Source of the DNA: a virus
Lineage: Duplodnaviria; Caudoviricetes
IMG/VR virus record: IMGVR_UViG_3300043077_000173
Location: 1-64,000 of that record
Length of the DNA: 64,000 nt
Strand: one strand, 5' to 3'
Both the position numbers and the translations under genes were made by a program. The notes below the pieces were generated by a model. It saw only the letters and a program-made list of their open reading frames with translations. It did not search any database and was not told the origin of the DNA. Shown here piece by piece: positions 18,980 through 27,572 of the stretch. Position 1 is the first letter of the stretch; every line of letters starts with the position of its first letter.

Positions 18980-19458
18980 TATTTCTGTTCCCTTTCAACT
19001 TCGCCAAAATCAACGTCAGATAGATCTAAATCATCTGTTTCACCATAATCGGCGTCTGCATCAAAATCTTCATAATCGTCTGAATTTTCTTCATCGCCAA
19101 AATCTGTATCTAAATCATTTAGCCCAGCATTTTCACCAGATGCTTCACCAGAAAGATTTCCTTGAGAGATTTTAACAACTTCATCATCAATAGACGATTT
19201 AATGTCAGATAATGACTGAATAGCTTGATCAAGTTTTTCACCAATCATTTGGTTAAAGCTATCACCAGCTTCAATATCACCAGAATATTTAAGCTTTTTA
19301 ACGAGTTCAGCAACGTCCTTAATCTTGATATTTGAAAGCTTTTCAACCATACTCTGTAAATCTCCAGAAATATTAGAGGTTGCTAAAGCTACTTCTGTCT
19401 GATTGATTTCAGCTTCACATAGCCTTTGAATAAAATTTTTTGCCATAGTTTTCTCCAT
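18979..19458 (-). CDS. acidic helical, probable head-associated protein
   Basis: RLCE cleavage-like motif near the N-terminus, acidic tail; late-type box at 19475-19480. Confidence 0.6.
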   Translation of the reverse strand: MEKTMAKNFIQRLCEAEINQTEVALATSNISGDLQSMVEKLSNIKIKDVAELVKKLKYSGDIEAGDSFNQMIGEKLDQAIQSLSDIKSSIDDEVVKISQGNLSGEASGENAGLNDLDTDFGDEENSDDYEDFDADADYGETDDLDLSDVDFGEVEREQK

Positions 19459-19528
19459 TACTATTTTCTATCATTATTTATTCTTATTTCATTTAATAGC
19501 ATTTATCAATAATATTTTACAAAAAATC

Positions 19529-19557
19529 TTGACATTAGACGATTTATGGTTTATCGT
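19529..19557 (+). promoter_or_regulatory. sigma70-type promoter for the primase operon
   Basis: TTGACA-N17-TATCGT. Confidence 0.65.
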
Positions 19558-19582
19558 GTTCCTAAAAGATATAGAGGAAAAG

Positions 19583-20584
19583 ATGCATCCAATATTAGAA
19601 ACAATATATAATCTGTTACCACCAGAGAAAAAGCAACGTAATAACAAATGGATTGCTTTTAATGCTCCGTGTTGTGAAGAATATGGACATGAAAACCCTG
19701 ATAAAAAATCAAGGGGTAATATGCTATTCACAGATGATTCTTGCGTATATAACTGTTTTAACTGTCATTATACTACAGGCTTTAAGGTCGGACAATATAT
19801 GAGTAAAAAATTTACCGATCTTTTATATTGGATGGGGGCGTCCTCTAAAGAGATAAACGATTTAAGGCTAATGATTCGAGAGTATAACGAGTCAAATACT
19901 TCAGGAATCATTCAAAAGGAAATCGTTAAAAAGAGAGAGATTAGAAAAATCCCTAAAAATTACAAAAGTATTCAAGAATCTTTATGCGAAGGTGAAAAAT
20001 CTAAAACCTTTCAAAAGATTGTACAATACATTTACCAAAGGAATCCAAGATTATTAGAATGGTCAACACTCTATTGGGCTGAAAAGAATGAAAGCTTTTT
20101 AATCGAGTGTAAAGAATATGATGAAACAGTTGGCTATTCTTTGAGAAGTATTGATGATAATTCGAAGAGTAAATACCTTCATTATATTCCATATGGTTAT
20201 GTATACAATTTTGACAACCTTTTAAAAGATAGGAAATATGAAATCTTGGTAGAAGGTGAATTAGATGCTCAAGCAATAGATGGTATCGCATATCTTGGCT
20301 CAACACTTACAGACGATCGTTTAAAGCGTTTAATACCCTTTGTAAATGATAAAGAGTTAATCATCTGTCCAGATAGAGATAACGCTGGTAAGAAAATCGT
20401 TGATCAAGTGTTAGAACAAGATTTACCGTTCAGCATTGCTTTCCCAAATTGGGATAGAGGTATTAAAGATTCTGAAGAAGCTGTTAAAAAATATGGCAGA
20501 TTATATACGATATATACTATATTAAATAGTAAAGAAAAAGATAAAGCATTGATAAAAATGAATGCTACAAAATGGTTTAATTAG
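19583..20584 (+). CDS. DNA primase (zinc finger plus TOPRIM; gp61/DnaG-like)
   Basis: PCC..CFNC zinc ribbon, VEGELDA, PDRDNAG; start moved to ATG 19583 (GAGG RBS) because the TTG at 19529 is a -35 box. Confidence 0.88.
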   Translation: MHPILETIYNLLPPEKKQRNNKWIAFNAPCCEEYGHENPDKKSRGNMLFTDDSCVYNCFNCHYTTGFKVGQYMSKKFTDLLYWMGASSKEINDLRLMIREYNESNTSGIIQKEIVKKREIRKIPKNYKSIQESLCEGEKSKTFQKIVQYIYQRNPRLLEWSTLYWAEKNESFLIECKEYDETVGYSLRSIDDNSKSKYLHYIPYGYVYNFDNLLKDRKYEILVEGELDAQAIDGIAYLGSTLTDDRLKRLIPFVNDKELIICPDRDNAGKKIVDQVLEQDLPFSIAFPNWDRGIKDSEEAVKKYGRLYTIYTILNSKEKDKALIKMNATKWFN

Positions 20585-20595
20585 AAGGTGTTAAA

Positions 20596-21120
20596 ATGAA
20601 TTTATTTACAACAAGTGATAATCCCGAAGCTTGTATTAAAGTATTAGACGACGTACTTTTAACAAAAGCTTTATTAGAGTCCGCTCAAATGATTTCTTGT
20701 GCTATCAGATTGAACGAATATATTGATGAACCTATTCCTGAAGAGTCTTTATATAAAGTCTTTAACGCAAGTGAGGAACATAATGTATGGGTAAGAGAAA
20801 ATCGCTCAAATTATCGCTGGACATTCTATTACCTCATGGCTGCTCTAGGCGAATATCAATATCGTTATAAGAAAATTCACGATGCCACAAAAGTTGCTCA
20901 AGTTGCTATGAAGTTTGAAAAATACTTTCCAGAAGGTAAAATGACACCTTTTCCGAGAAAGTTTAATAAAGAGTATGAAAACTATCGTGATTTAATGAAT
21001 ATCAAGGATACCTTTAAAGCATATAAAGAATACCTTGTTACCAAATGGCAGAAAAAATTTGCTGAAGGTAAAAAGGTTACTTGGACTGGGCGTGAAGAAC
21101 CTGATTTTGTTCGAAGATAA
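20596..21120 (+). CDS. pyrimidine-dimer glycosylase/endonuclease V-like protein
   Basis: MNLF....P..C...LDD....K.LLESAQM, W.RE...NY.W, EY.YRY.K.H, WT.R..P pattern. Confidence 0.7.
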   Translation: MNLFTTSDNPEACIKVLDDVLLTKALLESAQMISCAIRLNEYIDEPIPEESLYKVFNASEEHNVWVRENRSNYRWTFYYLMAALGEYQYRYKKIHDATKVAQVAMKFEKYFPEGKMTPFPRKFNKEYENYRDLMNIKDTFKAYKEYLVTKWQKKFAEGKKVTWTGREEPDFVRR

Positions 21121-21123
21121 CTA

Positions 21124-21152
21124 TTGACAATAATCGTTTTATTGGGTATATT
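21124..21152 (+). promoter_or_regulatory. sigma70-type promoter for the helicase
   Basis: TTGACA-N17-TATATT. Confidence 0.75.
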
Positions 21153-21184
21153 AAGCATAAACCGTTTATAGAAAGTATAGTGGA

Positions 21185-22534
21185 ATGTTGATTAATAAAA
21201 ATTTTGACGAAAAAGATCAGAAAACTCTTATTGAACTGTTGTGTAGCGATGGAACAGTTTTTTCAAGAGTATTACCAATTCTTAAAGCCGAATATTTTAA
21301 TAAAAAATTTCAGCCTACTATCAATTACTTAATTGATTTTTCAAACAAATACAATACTTTACCAACATTTACTCAGCTAAACAATGAAGCAAGAATTGAA
21401 TACAATGTTGTAAACGGTATTAGCTCAAACGTTAATCTTCAAAAATCTGCCTTAGATCTTGCTGAAGGTTTTATCAAAAAGCGTGCTCTGGAAATAGCTG
21501 TTGAACAAGCTTATTCATTAATCGCTAAAGGTGAAACCTCTGGAATAGATACTATCATAAAGGAAGCCCAAAGTATTTCTTTACAGCAAGATTTGGGCAT
21601 GAACTTTTGGGAAAAACCTGATGAATGGTTAAAACAGCAAGAAACTGACCAAGCATTATTACCAACAGGTTGGAAAACATTTGACGAAAGACTTGGTGGG
21701 GGTCTTGCCTATGGAGAATTGGAATATGTGATCGGTGCTTCAGGTGGTGGTAAATCATTAACGATGCAAAATATGGCTGTAAACTGGTCTTGTCAAGGTT
21801 ATAACGTTATATACTTTACATTAGAGATGAATAGACGTTTGGTTGGTAAACGTATGGCATCAATGATTTCAAATGTCCCTTATAGAGATATTCGAGGTAA
21901 TGTTTCAGGAGTCGCTAACACCATTATTGCTAAAAGAAAAAATATCATACCAGGCGTTTTACAAGTAGCAGATTTACCTATTGGATGTAACGCAAATCTT
22001 ATTGAAAGCTTTATTCAAGAATTTGAACTAAAGACAAACATTATTCCACAAATCATTTTTGTAGACTATGCTGATATTATGACTCCTTGTGATAAACGTA
22101 TTGACCCAAACAGTATTTCAAGAGTTGATAAAGCAATTACCCTTGAATTGAGAGAGATTGCTCGTGAAAGAACTCGTAATGGTAAGAACACAACCATTAT
22201 TACAGCCAGCCAATTAACAAAAGAGGCAATGGATGAAGTCGATTGTGGAATGAGCAACATAGGTGGTGGGCAATATAAGAGTTCGAACTCAGATAATATC
22301 TTTTTAGTAAAGACAACCGATGCATTACGTCAGAAAGGCGAGTACGAGTTTAAGTTCTTGAAAACAAGAAACTCTGGGGCTAAAGATACAAAGCTTCGTA
22401 TGAAATACAACGTTGATACACTACTTATTTCAGATCTCGATGAAGTGCAATCGGCTACCCCAGTGTTCAATACAAACCAACAAGTTTCTAATGCGTTAGC
22501 TACATTACAAGGATTAACACAAAAATCTAGCTAG
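21185..22534 (+). CDS. DnaB-like replicative helicase (T4 gp41-like)
   Basis: PTGW..D..LGGG, Walker A GASGGGKS, TLEM, VDYAD, TASQ, LKTRN. Confidence 0.93.
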   Translation: MLINKNFDEKDQKTLIELLCSDGTVFSRVLPILKAEYFNKKFQPTINYLIDFSNKYNTLPTFTQLNNEARIEYNVVNGISSNVNLQKSALDLAEGFIKKRALEIAVEQAYSLIAKGETSGIDTIIKEAQSISLQQDLGMNFWEKPDEWLKQQETDQALLPTGWKTFDERLGGGLAYGELEYVIGASGGGKSLTMQNMAVNWSCQGYNVIYFTLEMNRRLVGKRMASMISNVPYRDIRGNVSGVANTIIAKRKNIIPGVLQVADLPIGCNANLIESFIQEFELKTNIIPQIIFVDYADIMTPCDKRIDPNSISRVDKAITLELREIARERTRNGKNTTIITASQLTKEAMDEVDCGMSNIGGGQYKSSNSDNIFLVKTTDALRQKGEYEFKFLKTRNSGAKDTKLRMKYNVDTLLISDLDEVQSATPVFNTNQQVSNALATLQGLTQKSS

Positions 22535-22540
22535 TCCATT

Positions 22541-22568
22541 AAAAAAGACCCTTTTCAGGGTCTTTTTT
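22541..22568. terminator. bidirectional terminator
   Basis: AAAAAAGACCCT-TTTC-AGGGTCTTTTTT between convergent genes. Confidence 0.85.
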
Positions 22569-22604
22569 CGTAAATCATTTAAGAAGATGCTTTATGTAAA
22601 GCTT

Positions 22605-23879
22605 TTATTTACAGCCTTCCTCGATCTCAGGCTCTTCTTCAAAAAGCTTTGCTTTACCAGTTTTAGGATCGAGTTCCATATCAGTTTCTGAACCAACATC
22701 TTCGGAACAAGCTGATTCTTCAACATCATCTTCGTCCACAACATCTTTTGGATCATCCCATTCACAATCTTCTCGTGAATCAAGATATCTTGCACAATGA
22801 TCGCAAACCCAGCCGAAATAATGCTCGTGTTTCATTTCATTCTTTGGAAACTCTTCACCACACCAATTACATTTACGGGTTTCTTCAAAATCATCTCCAT
22901 CAGATAAATCATCAGAAGTATCAATCGCTTCATCAACAATATCTTCAGAACAAGTTGATTCTTTAACAGTTTCATCAGTATTCACACCAGCACATTCTAA
23001 AGCTTCAGCAATCTGCTTCTCAATATCTTCTGAAAGAGATTCATTTGTGTTCAATTCTTCATTTTCAAAGGTTTGAGCAGCTTTTTCAACAATAGCTTTA
23101 TCAACGCCGTTCTTTACCAAATATTGCTGTAATTTTTTGTAAACGTTGATTGGGCGATCTAAAGCTGTTTGATAAGAAATCCATGATCTAATCTTTTCAA
23201 CAAATGCTTTCATCTTAGGATCTGTCTGAACCAATTTCTTCACAATCTGTTGATATGATTGATTGTTTTCATAAGAAACTTTACCAAAAATGTCCATGAA
23301 AGTATATACCAAATACTCATTAACATAATTGTCTAATTCTTCGCCTTTCAAACCACCAAATAAACCTTCTTCAAGCTTTTTCTTAAAATCTTCCGAAGAT
23401 TTTTCATCAGAAGATTTATCCTCAGCTTTTTCAGCAGGCTTTTCTTCTTCAGCCTTTTTAGAAGCTTTATCAGAATCTTCATACTTAAAATCTTTCCAAT
23501 CTTTTGGCTCAGAAGGTGTTGAAGCGTTACTATAAGATTTAACATCAGAAGTTGGCTCTTCACCTTTTGAATTAGATGTTGCTGGTTCAAACTTTGCTCC
23601 ATCTTTTAAAACGCTTTCTGAACCTTTTGAAAGTAAACTATCTCCTTTGCCCTCATCTTTTGTTAAAGTGTTGATAACAGAAGATTCAACTTCTCCCCAA
23701 CCATCTGAAGGAGTTGTTGTAGATAATTTAACGGGCTGTTCTTCATATGGTAACTCGGCTTCAGTAATTGACTTAATCTTATCACCATATCTTGTCATAT
23801 AATCAACATATTCATCAAGAGTTTCAAACTTTTTAATACCTCTTTTTCCTGAAAATGTTTCCAAGATGTATTTCATCAT
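22605..23879 (-). CDS. acidic putative internal head protein with a C4 zinc-finger module
   Basis: Multiple [ILV]xE motifs; CNWC...CDHC; late-type box at 23917-23922. Confidence 0.6.
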   Translation of the reverse strand: MMKYILETFSGKRGIKKFETLDEYVDYMTRYGDKIKSITEAELPYEEQPVKLSTTTPSDGWGEVESSVINTLTKDEGKGDSLLSKGSESVLKDGAKFEPATSNSKGEEPTSDVKSYSNASTPSEPKDWKDFKYEDSDKASKKAEEEKPAEKAEDKSSDEKSSEDFKKKLEEGLFGGLKGEELDNYVNEYLVYTFMDIFGKVSYENNQSYQQIVKKLVQTDPKMKAFVEKIRSWISYQTALDRPINVYKKLQQYLVKNGVDKAIVEKAAQTFENEELNTNESLSEDIEKQIAEALECAGVNTDETVKESTCSEDIVDEAIDTSDDLSDGDDFEETRKCNWCGEEFPKNEMKHEHYFGWVCDHCARYLDSREDCEWDDPKDVVDEDDVEESACSEDVGSETDMELDPKTGKAKLFEEEPEIEEGCK

Positions 23880-23961
23880 TGTATATATTCCTTACATTAT
23901 AATGTATCTTTATGATTATTTATTCGTTAAAAGATTTACATAGATAATTGTCAAATATTTG

Positions 23962-23987
23962 GGCTCAATCCTAAAAAGAATTGAGCC
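23962..23987. repeat. left 26-bp palindromic site (inverted copy at 26857-26882)
   Basis: GGCTCAATCCTAAAAAGAATTGAGCC; 25/26 identical to the reverse complement of 26857-26882. Confidence 0.9.
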
Positions 23988-24018
23988 GTAATTTTTTCTT
24001 TGATTATTATTTTTACAT

Positions 24019-24047
24019 CTTGTGTCATAAATAATTTATGACACAAG
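24019..24047. promoter_or_regulatory. 29-bp perfect palindrome containing a late-type TAAATA box
   Basis: CTTGTGTCATAAAT-A-ATTTATGACACAAG, about 40 nt upstream of the tail fibre ATG. Confidence 0.7.
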
Positions 24048-24088
24048 CCTTATAAAATAAGAATTTAATAAAATCATAAGGATAAAAT

Positions 24089-25321
24089 ATGGCATTACGA
24101 TTAGGTTCAACGCTTATTTCCGGAGATGATGTAAATGCTCAAATTGAAAGCATTAATAAATCATTGGACTTAAAAGCTAGCAGTCAAAACGTTTACACAA
24201 AAGATGAAGTAAATGATTTATTAAAGACTTCAGCAGATCTTACTGATGAATCTTTAAAAGAGATCAATGATGCTATTGCAGGACTTGATACAGACTCTAG
24301 CATTCCTTTTATTACGTGTGATTTAAGCAATACTGATAATTATTTCATATCTGGTCAAGGCCTATTTTTACGCTTTAAAGATGATGCAGGTGCTTATGTA
24401 AAACTTGAAAAATTTAAAACGTATTATTTAAGAATTAGACTTGCAAGTAGTTCAGATTTTAAGAAATCTTATTACAATCTGCAACCTTTTATAGTGCTTA
24501 ATGGAAATAATACAGATACCTCTGCTCCGTTAGAATCTAGAGCAGCCTCTTTTAGTTCGTTAAGTGACTTGGAGCAAGGTGGTACAGTTTATGGATCTGG
24601 TGTAGTTACATTCAATAATCTTATTAATAACTACTGTGGCCATAACCTTAGTGATAACTGGCAACAAGATCGCATTGTACCTATGGTATTTATGGGTTCA
24701 TCATCTTTTACAGCAAATGCTTTATTACTTACAAAGTTAGATACTCCTGATTTAGACGGTACGACAATCACAAAGAACGACAGTGACGAGTTGCAGGTGA
24801 TTGGTGTGATTGATTCTAATTCTGGAGATGCGGTTAAGACTTGGAGCGGTACAACAGACGAGTACAACGCTATCACTGATAAAGACCCGAACACATTGTA
24901 CAACATCACTGACGACTTCTCCGCCACAGCATACGAGGCTTATAGTAAGACAGAGAGTGACGCATTGATGGATAATAAGGCAAACACGGATTTAGACAAT
25001 CTTACGAGTACAGGGAAAGCGTATGCGTCTGGATTGGGAATGCCAAGTGAACAATATATCGATTTGACTTGGGAGAGTCCTTACGAATATACAGCACCAG
25101 CAAACGGGTATTTGTACTTTTATAGAAATGCATCGACTGGACAATACATTGTTCTTACAAATAGTACGGTAGGGATGAGAAATAGCATGTTTTCGAGTTC
25201 AGGGAATCAGATTGCTGTAATAGCACTAGCAAGAAAGGGTGATAATTTTGCAATGGAATGTACAGCAACAGGAACAATTCAAGCATTTAGATTTATTTAC
25301 GCACAGGGAGAGGTTAGCTAG
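24089..25321 (+). CDS. tail fibre-like protein
   Basis: VYTKDEV, W.GT..EY.AI..KDPNTLYNI, KANTDLDNL and YTAPANGY motifs typical of tail fibres. Confidence 0.75.
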   Translation: MALRLGSTLISGDDVNAQIESINKSLDLKASSQNVYTKDEVNDLLKTSADLTDESLKEINDAIAGLDTDSSIPFITCDLSNTDNYFISGQGLFLRFKDDAGAYVKLEKFKTYYLRIRLASSSDFKKSYYNLQPFIVLNGNNTDTSAPLESRAASFSSLSDLEQGGTVYGSGVVTFNNLINNYCGHNLSDNWQQDRIVPMVFMGSSSFTANALLLTKLDTPDLDGTTITKNDSDELQVIGVIDSNSGDAVKTWSGTTDEYNAITDKDPNTLYNITDDFSATAYEAYSKTESDALMDNKANTDLDNLTSTGKAYASGLGMPSEQYIDLTWESPYEYTAPANGYLYFYRNASTGQYIVLTNSTVGMRNSMFSSSGNQIAVIALARKGDNFAMECTATGTIQAFRFIYAQGEVS

Positions 25322-25374
25322 AACTTCACAGAGTAAACTAAGTTTTAATTGCAAAACGGATTAGGAAAAATAAA

Positions 25375-26049
25375 ATGATCTACAAAAAGAATTCACCTAT
25401 TGGTACAGTTCGTCAGGGTTATGCAGACGCTCGAAAAATATATCTTGGGGATAAACTTGTATGGCAAGCTAGCGATTGGGATTACTATGTTTGGAGAGAT
25501 ATTGATAAAAATGGTATTGTCTCGCTTGCAACAGGCGAATTTCCAAGTGACATATACGCAGATATAAAAGAAATAGGAACTTTTGGACTTTCTTATGCTT
25601 TTTATGGATGCACAGGACTTACTGGATCTGTTTCATTCCCTGCTCTTACTAGCGTAGGAACCAACGGACTTTCTTATGCTTTCTCTGGATGCATAGGTCT
25701 CACAGGTTCGGTTTCATTTCCTGCTCTTACTAGTGTAATGACCATGGGACTTGCTAATGCTTTCTCTGGTTGCACAGGTCTCACAGGTTCAGTTTCATTT
25801 CCTTCTCTTACAAGTGTAGGAACCACCGGACTTACTAATGCTTTCTCTGGTTGCACAGGTCTCACAGGTTCAGTTTCATTTCCTTCTCTTACTAGAGTAA
25901 TGACCGTAGGACTTTCTAATGCTTTTAAAGGTTGTATAGGTATAACCGAACTTCATTTCCGAGCTGATGCACAATCTGTCATAAAAAAATCAGCAGGTTA
26001 CTCCAGCAACTTCGGGGCTACTAATGCAACAATTTACTTTGACTTATAA
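25375..26049 (+). CDS. BspA-type LRR protein (putative receptor-binding/adhesin)
   Basis: KIYLGDKLVW N-terminal motif, four 27-aa LRR units, C-cap FGATNATIYFDL. Confidence 0.8.
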   Translation: MIYKKNSPIGTVRQGYADARKIYLGDKLVWQASDWDYYVWRDIDKNGIVSLATGEFPSDIYADIKEIGTFGLSYAFYGCTGLTGSVSFPALTSVGTNGLSYAFSGCIGLTGSVSFPALTSVMTMGLANAFSGCTGLTGSVSFPSLTSVGTTGLTNAFSGCTGLTGSVSFPSLTRVMTVGLSNAFKGCIGITELHFRADAQSVIKKSAGYSSNFGATNATIYFDL

Positions 26050-26063
26050 CACGGAGAAGGTCT

Positions 26064-26792
26064 ATGTCAAGACTAAAAATTCGAAAAACAACTAATAGTG
26101 GCGTACTTTCTGGCTATACAGGTGAAGTAACCGGGGTTTTTGATAATATTAAAGAAATAGGGCAATATGGGCTTTATTATGCTTTCCAATATTGCAACCT
26201 TACTGGTTCAGTTTCATTCCCAGCTCTTACTAGTGTAGGAGATTATGGACTAAATGACGCTTTCTTTAGATGCACAGGCCTTACAGGCTCGGTATCATTT
26301 CCTAACCTCTCAAGTGTAGGAAGTGACGGATTAAACAATGCTTTCTATGGTTGCACAGGTCTTACAGGTTCAATCTCTTTTCCTTCCCTTACAAGTGTAG
26401 GAGATTCTGGACTAAATTATGCTTTCTATGGTTGCACAGGTCTTACAGGTTCAATCTCTTTTCCTTCCCTTACAAGTGTAGGAGATTCTGGACTAAATTA
26501 TGCTTTCTATGGATGCTCAGGACTTACAGGTTCAATCTCTTTTCCTTCCCTTACAAGTGTAGGAGATTCTGGACTAAATTATGCTTTCTATGGATGCTCA
26601 GGACTTACTGGATCTGTTTCATTCCCTGCTCTTACTAGCGTAGGAACCAACGGACTTTCTTATGCTTTCTCTGGTTGCACAGGCATAACCGAACTTCACT
26701 TTAGAGCAGATGCACAATCTGTCATAGAGGCTACTGACGGGTATTCCGAAAACTTTGGAGCAACAAATGCTACTATATACTTTGACTTATAG
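26064..26792 (+). CDS. BspA-type LRR protein (putative receptor-binding/adhesin)
   Basis: GGAG RBS, six LRR units, C-cap FGATNATIYFDL. Confidence 0.8.
   Translation: MSRLKIRKTTNSGVLSGYTGEVTGVFDNIKEIGQYGLYYAFQYCNLTGSVSFPALTSVGDYGLNDAFFRCTGLTGSVSFPNLSSVGSDGLNNAFYGCTGLTGSISFPSLTSVGDSGLNYAFYGCTGLTGSISFPSLTSVGDSGLNYAFYGCSGLTGSISFPSLTSVGDSGLNYAFYGCSGLTGSVSFPALTSVGTNGLSYAFSGCTGITELHFRADAQSVIEATDGYSENFGATNATIYFDL
26340..26610 (+). repeat. 81-bp tandem repeat (about 3.3 near-identical units)
   Basis: gctttctatgg recurs at 26340, 26421, 26502 and 26583. Confidence 0.95.
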
Positions 26793-26839
26793 TATCTAAG
26801 GAAAATACTTATATCTCCCAAGTATCTAAAGAAAATACT
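26791..26839. repeat. pair of 19-bp direct repeats, 30-bp period
   Basis: AGTATCTAAGGAAAATACT (26791) and AGTATCTAAAGAAAATACT (26821). Confidence 0.85.
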
Positions 26840-26856
26840 ATAGGTAAAGTATAAAT

Positions 26857-26882
26857 GGCTCAATTCTTTTCAGGATTGAGCC
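26857..26882. repeat. right 26-bp palindromic site (inverted copy of 23962-23987)
   Basis: GGCTCAATTCTTTTCAGGATTGAGCC. Confidence 0.9.
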
Positions 26883-26891
26883 TTAAATCAT

Positions 26892-27572
26892 TTATTCAGC
26901 ATCTTCTGGATCAAAGAATTTATCATCAAATACCATATGAAATTTATCTAATAAAAATACATAGGTATGTAAAGTATCTTTATCAATGGTTGCTCTATGA
27001 CCATCTTCACTAGATACTACAAGAGTATTATCAACAATTTTTTGAATAGTCCATTTAACGTCTTTATCATCAATGAATGACATACCTACTTGAAAATCAA
27101 TATAGTCATCATCGTACATAACACCAGTATTAGCAAAATTTGAACGCCTTCTATGGTAATAGCTTTCATTAATTTTCTTTCCGTTAAATTTGTTCCAAGC
27201 TTTTCCATAAAGGTATTTGCCATATTGTTTACCATACTTTTCTTTGAAACTATCTTTATTAGCTTCTACCCAAGATTCTATCTCAGCATCTGGTGGAGCA
27301 ACTTCAGTCATTGTTTCTTTATGAATATTTTTTCTACGCCCTTTAGCAGTAAAATAAATTTCATGTTGAGGATTTTTCTTACGTTTAATCAACCCTCTAG
27401 TAACAAGGTTATTAACAACTCTTACATCAAACTCCGGTAATTCATCTTTTAATACCTTACCAGCTTCTTTAATCTTTTGATAAAGTCTTTTTTCATCGTT
27501 GTTCAATGAATAAATGACACCATTTGCATAGACGGTTTGAAAAGACTCTACCATAAAATCCTTTAATTTCAT
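26892..27572 (-). CDS. hypothetical (probable head-associated) protein
   Basis: 226 aa; modules separated by MVE, MTE and INE motifs. Confidence 0.6.
   Translation of the reverse strand: MKLKDFMVESFQTVYANGVIYSLNNDEKRLYQKIKEAGKVLKDELPEFDVRVVNNLVTRGLIKRKKNPQHEIYFTAKGRRKNIHKETMTEVAPPDAEIESWVEANKDSFKEKYGKQYGKYLYGKAWNKFNGKKINESYYHRRRSNFANTGVMYDDDYIDFQVGMSFIDDKDVKWTIQKIVDNTLVVSSEDGHRATIDKDTLHTYVFLLDKFHMVFDDKFFDPEDAE

Noticed and set aside
19529-19582. TTG start for the primase
   Set aside because: The TTG is the -35 TTGACA; ATG 19583 has a GAGG RBS
26340-26610. CRISPR array
   Set aside because: Units are contiguous, in-frame 81-bp coding repeats with no unique spacers
25375-26792. Diversity-generating retroelement explaining LRR variation
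   Set aside because: No reverse transcriptase in the window, no non-coding template repeat, and differences are not confined to adenines
26791-26839. Mini-CRISPR
   Set aside because: Only two 19-bp copies with an 11-bp gap
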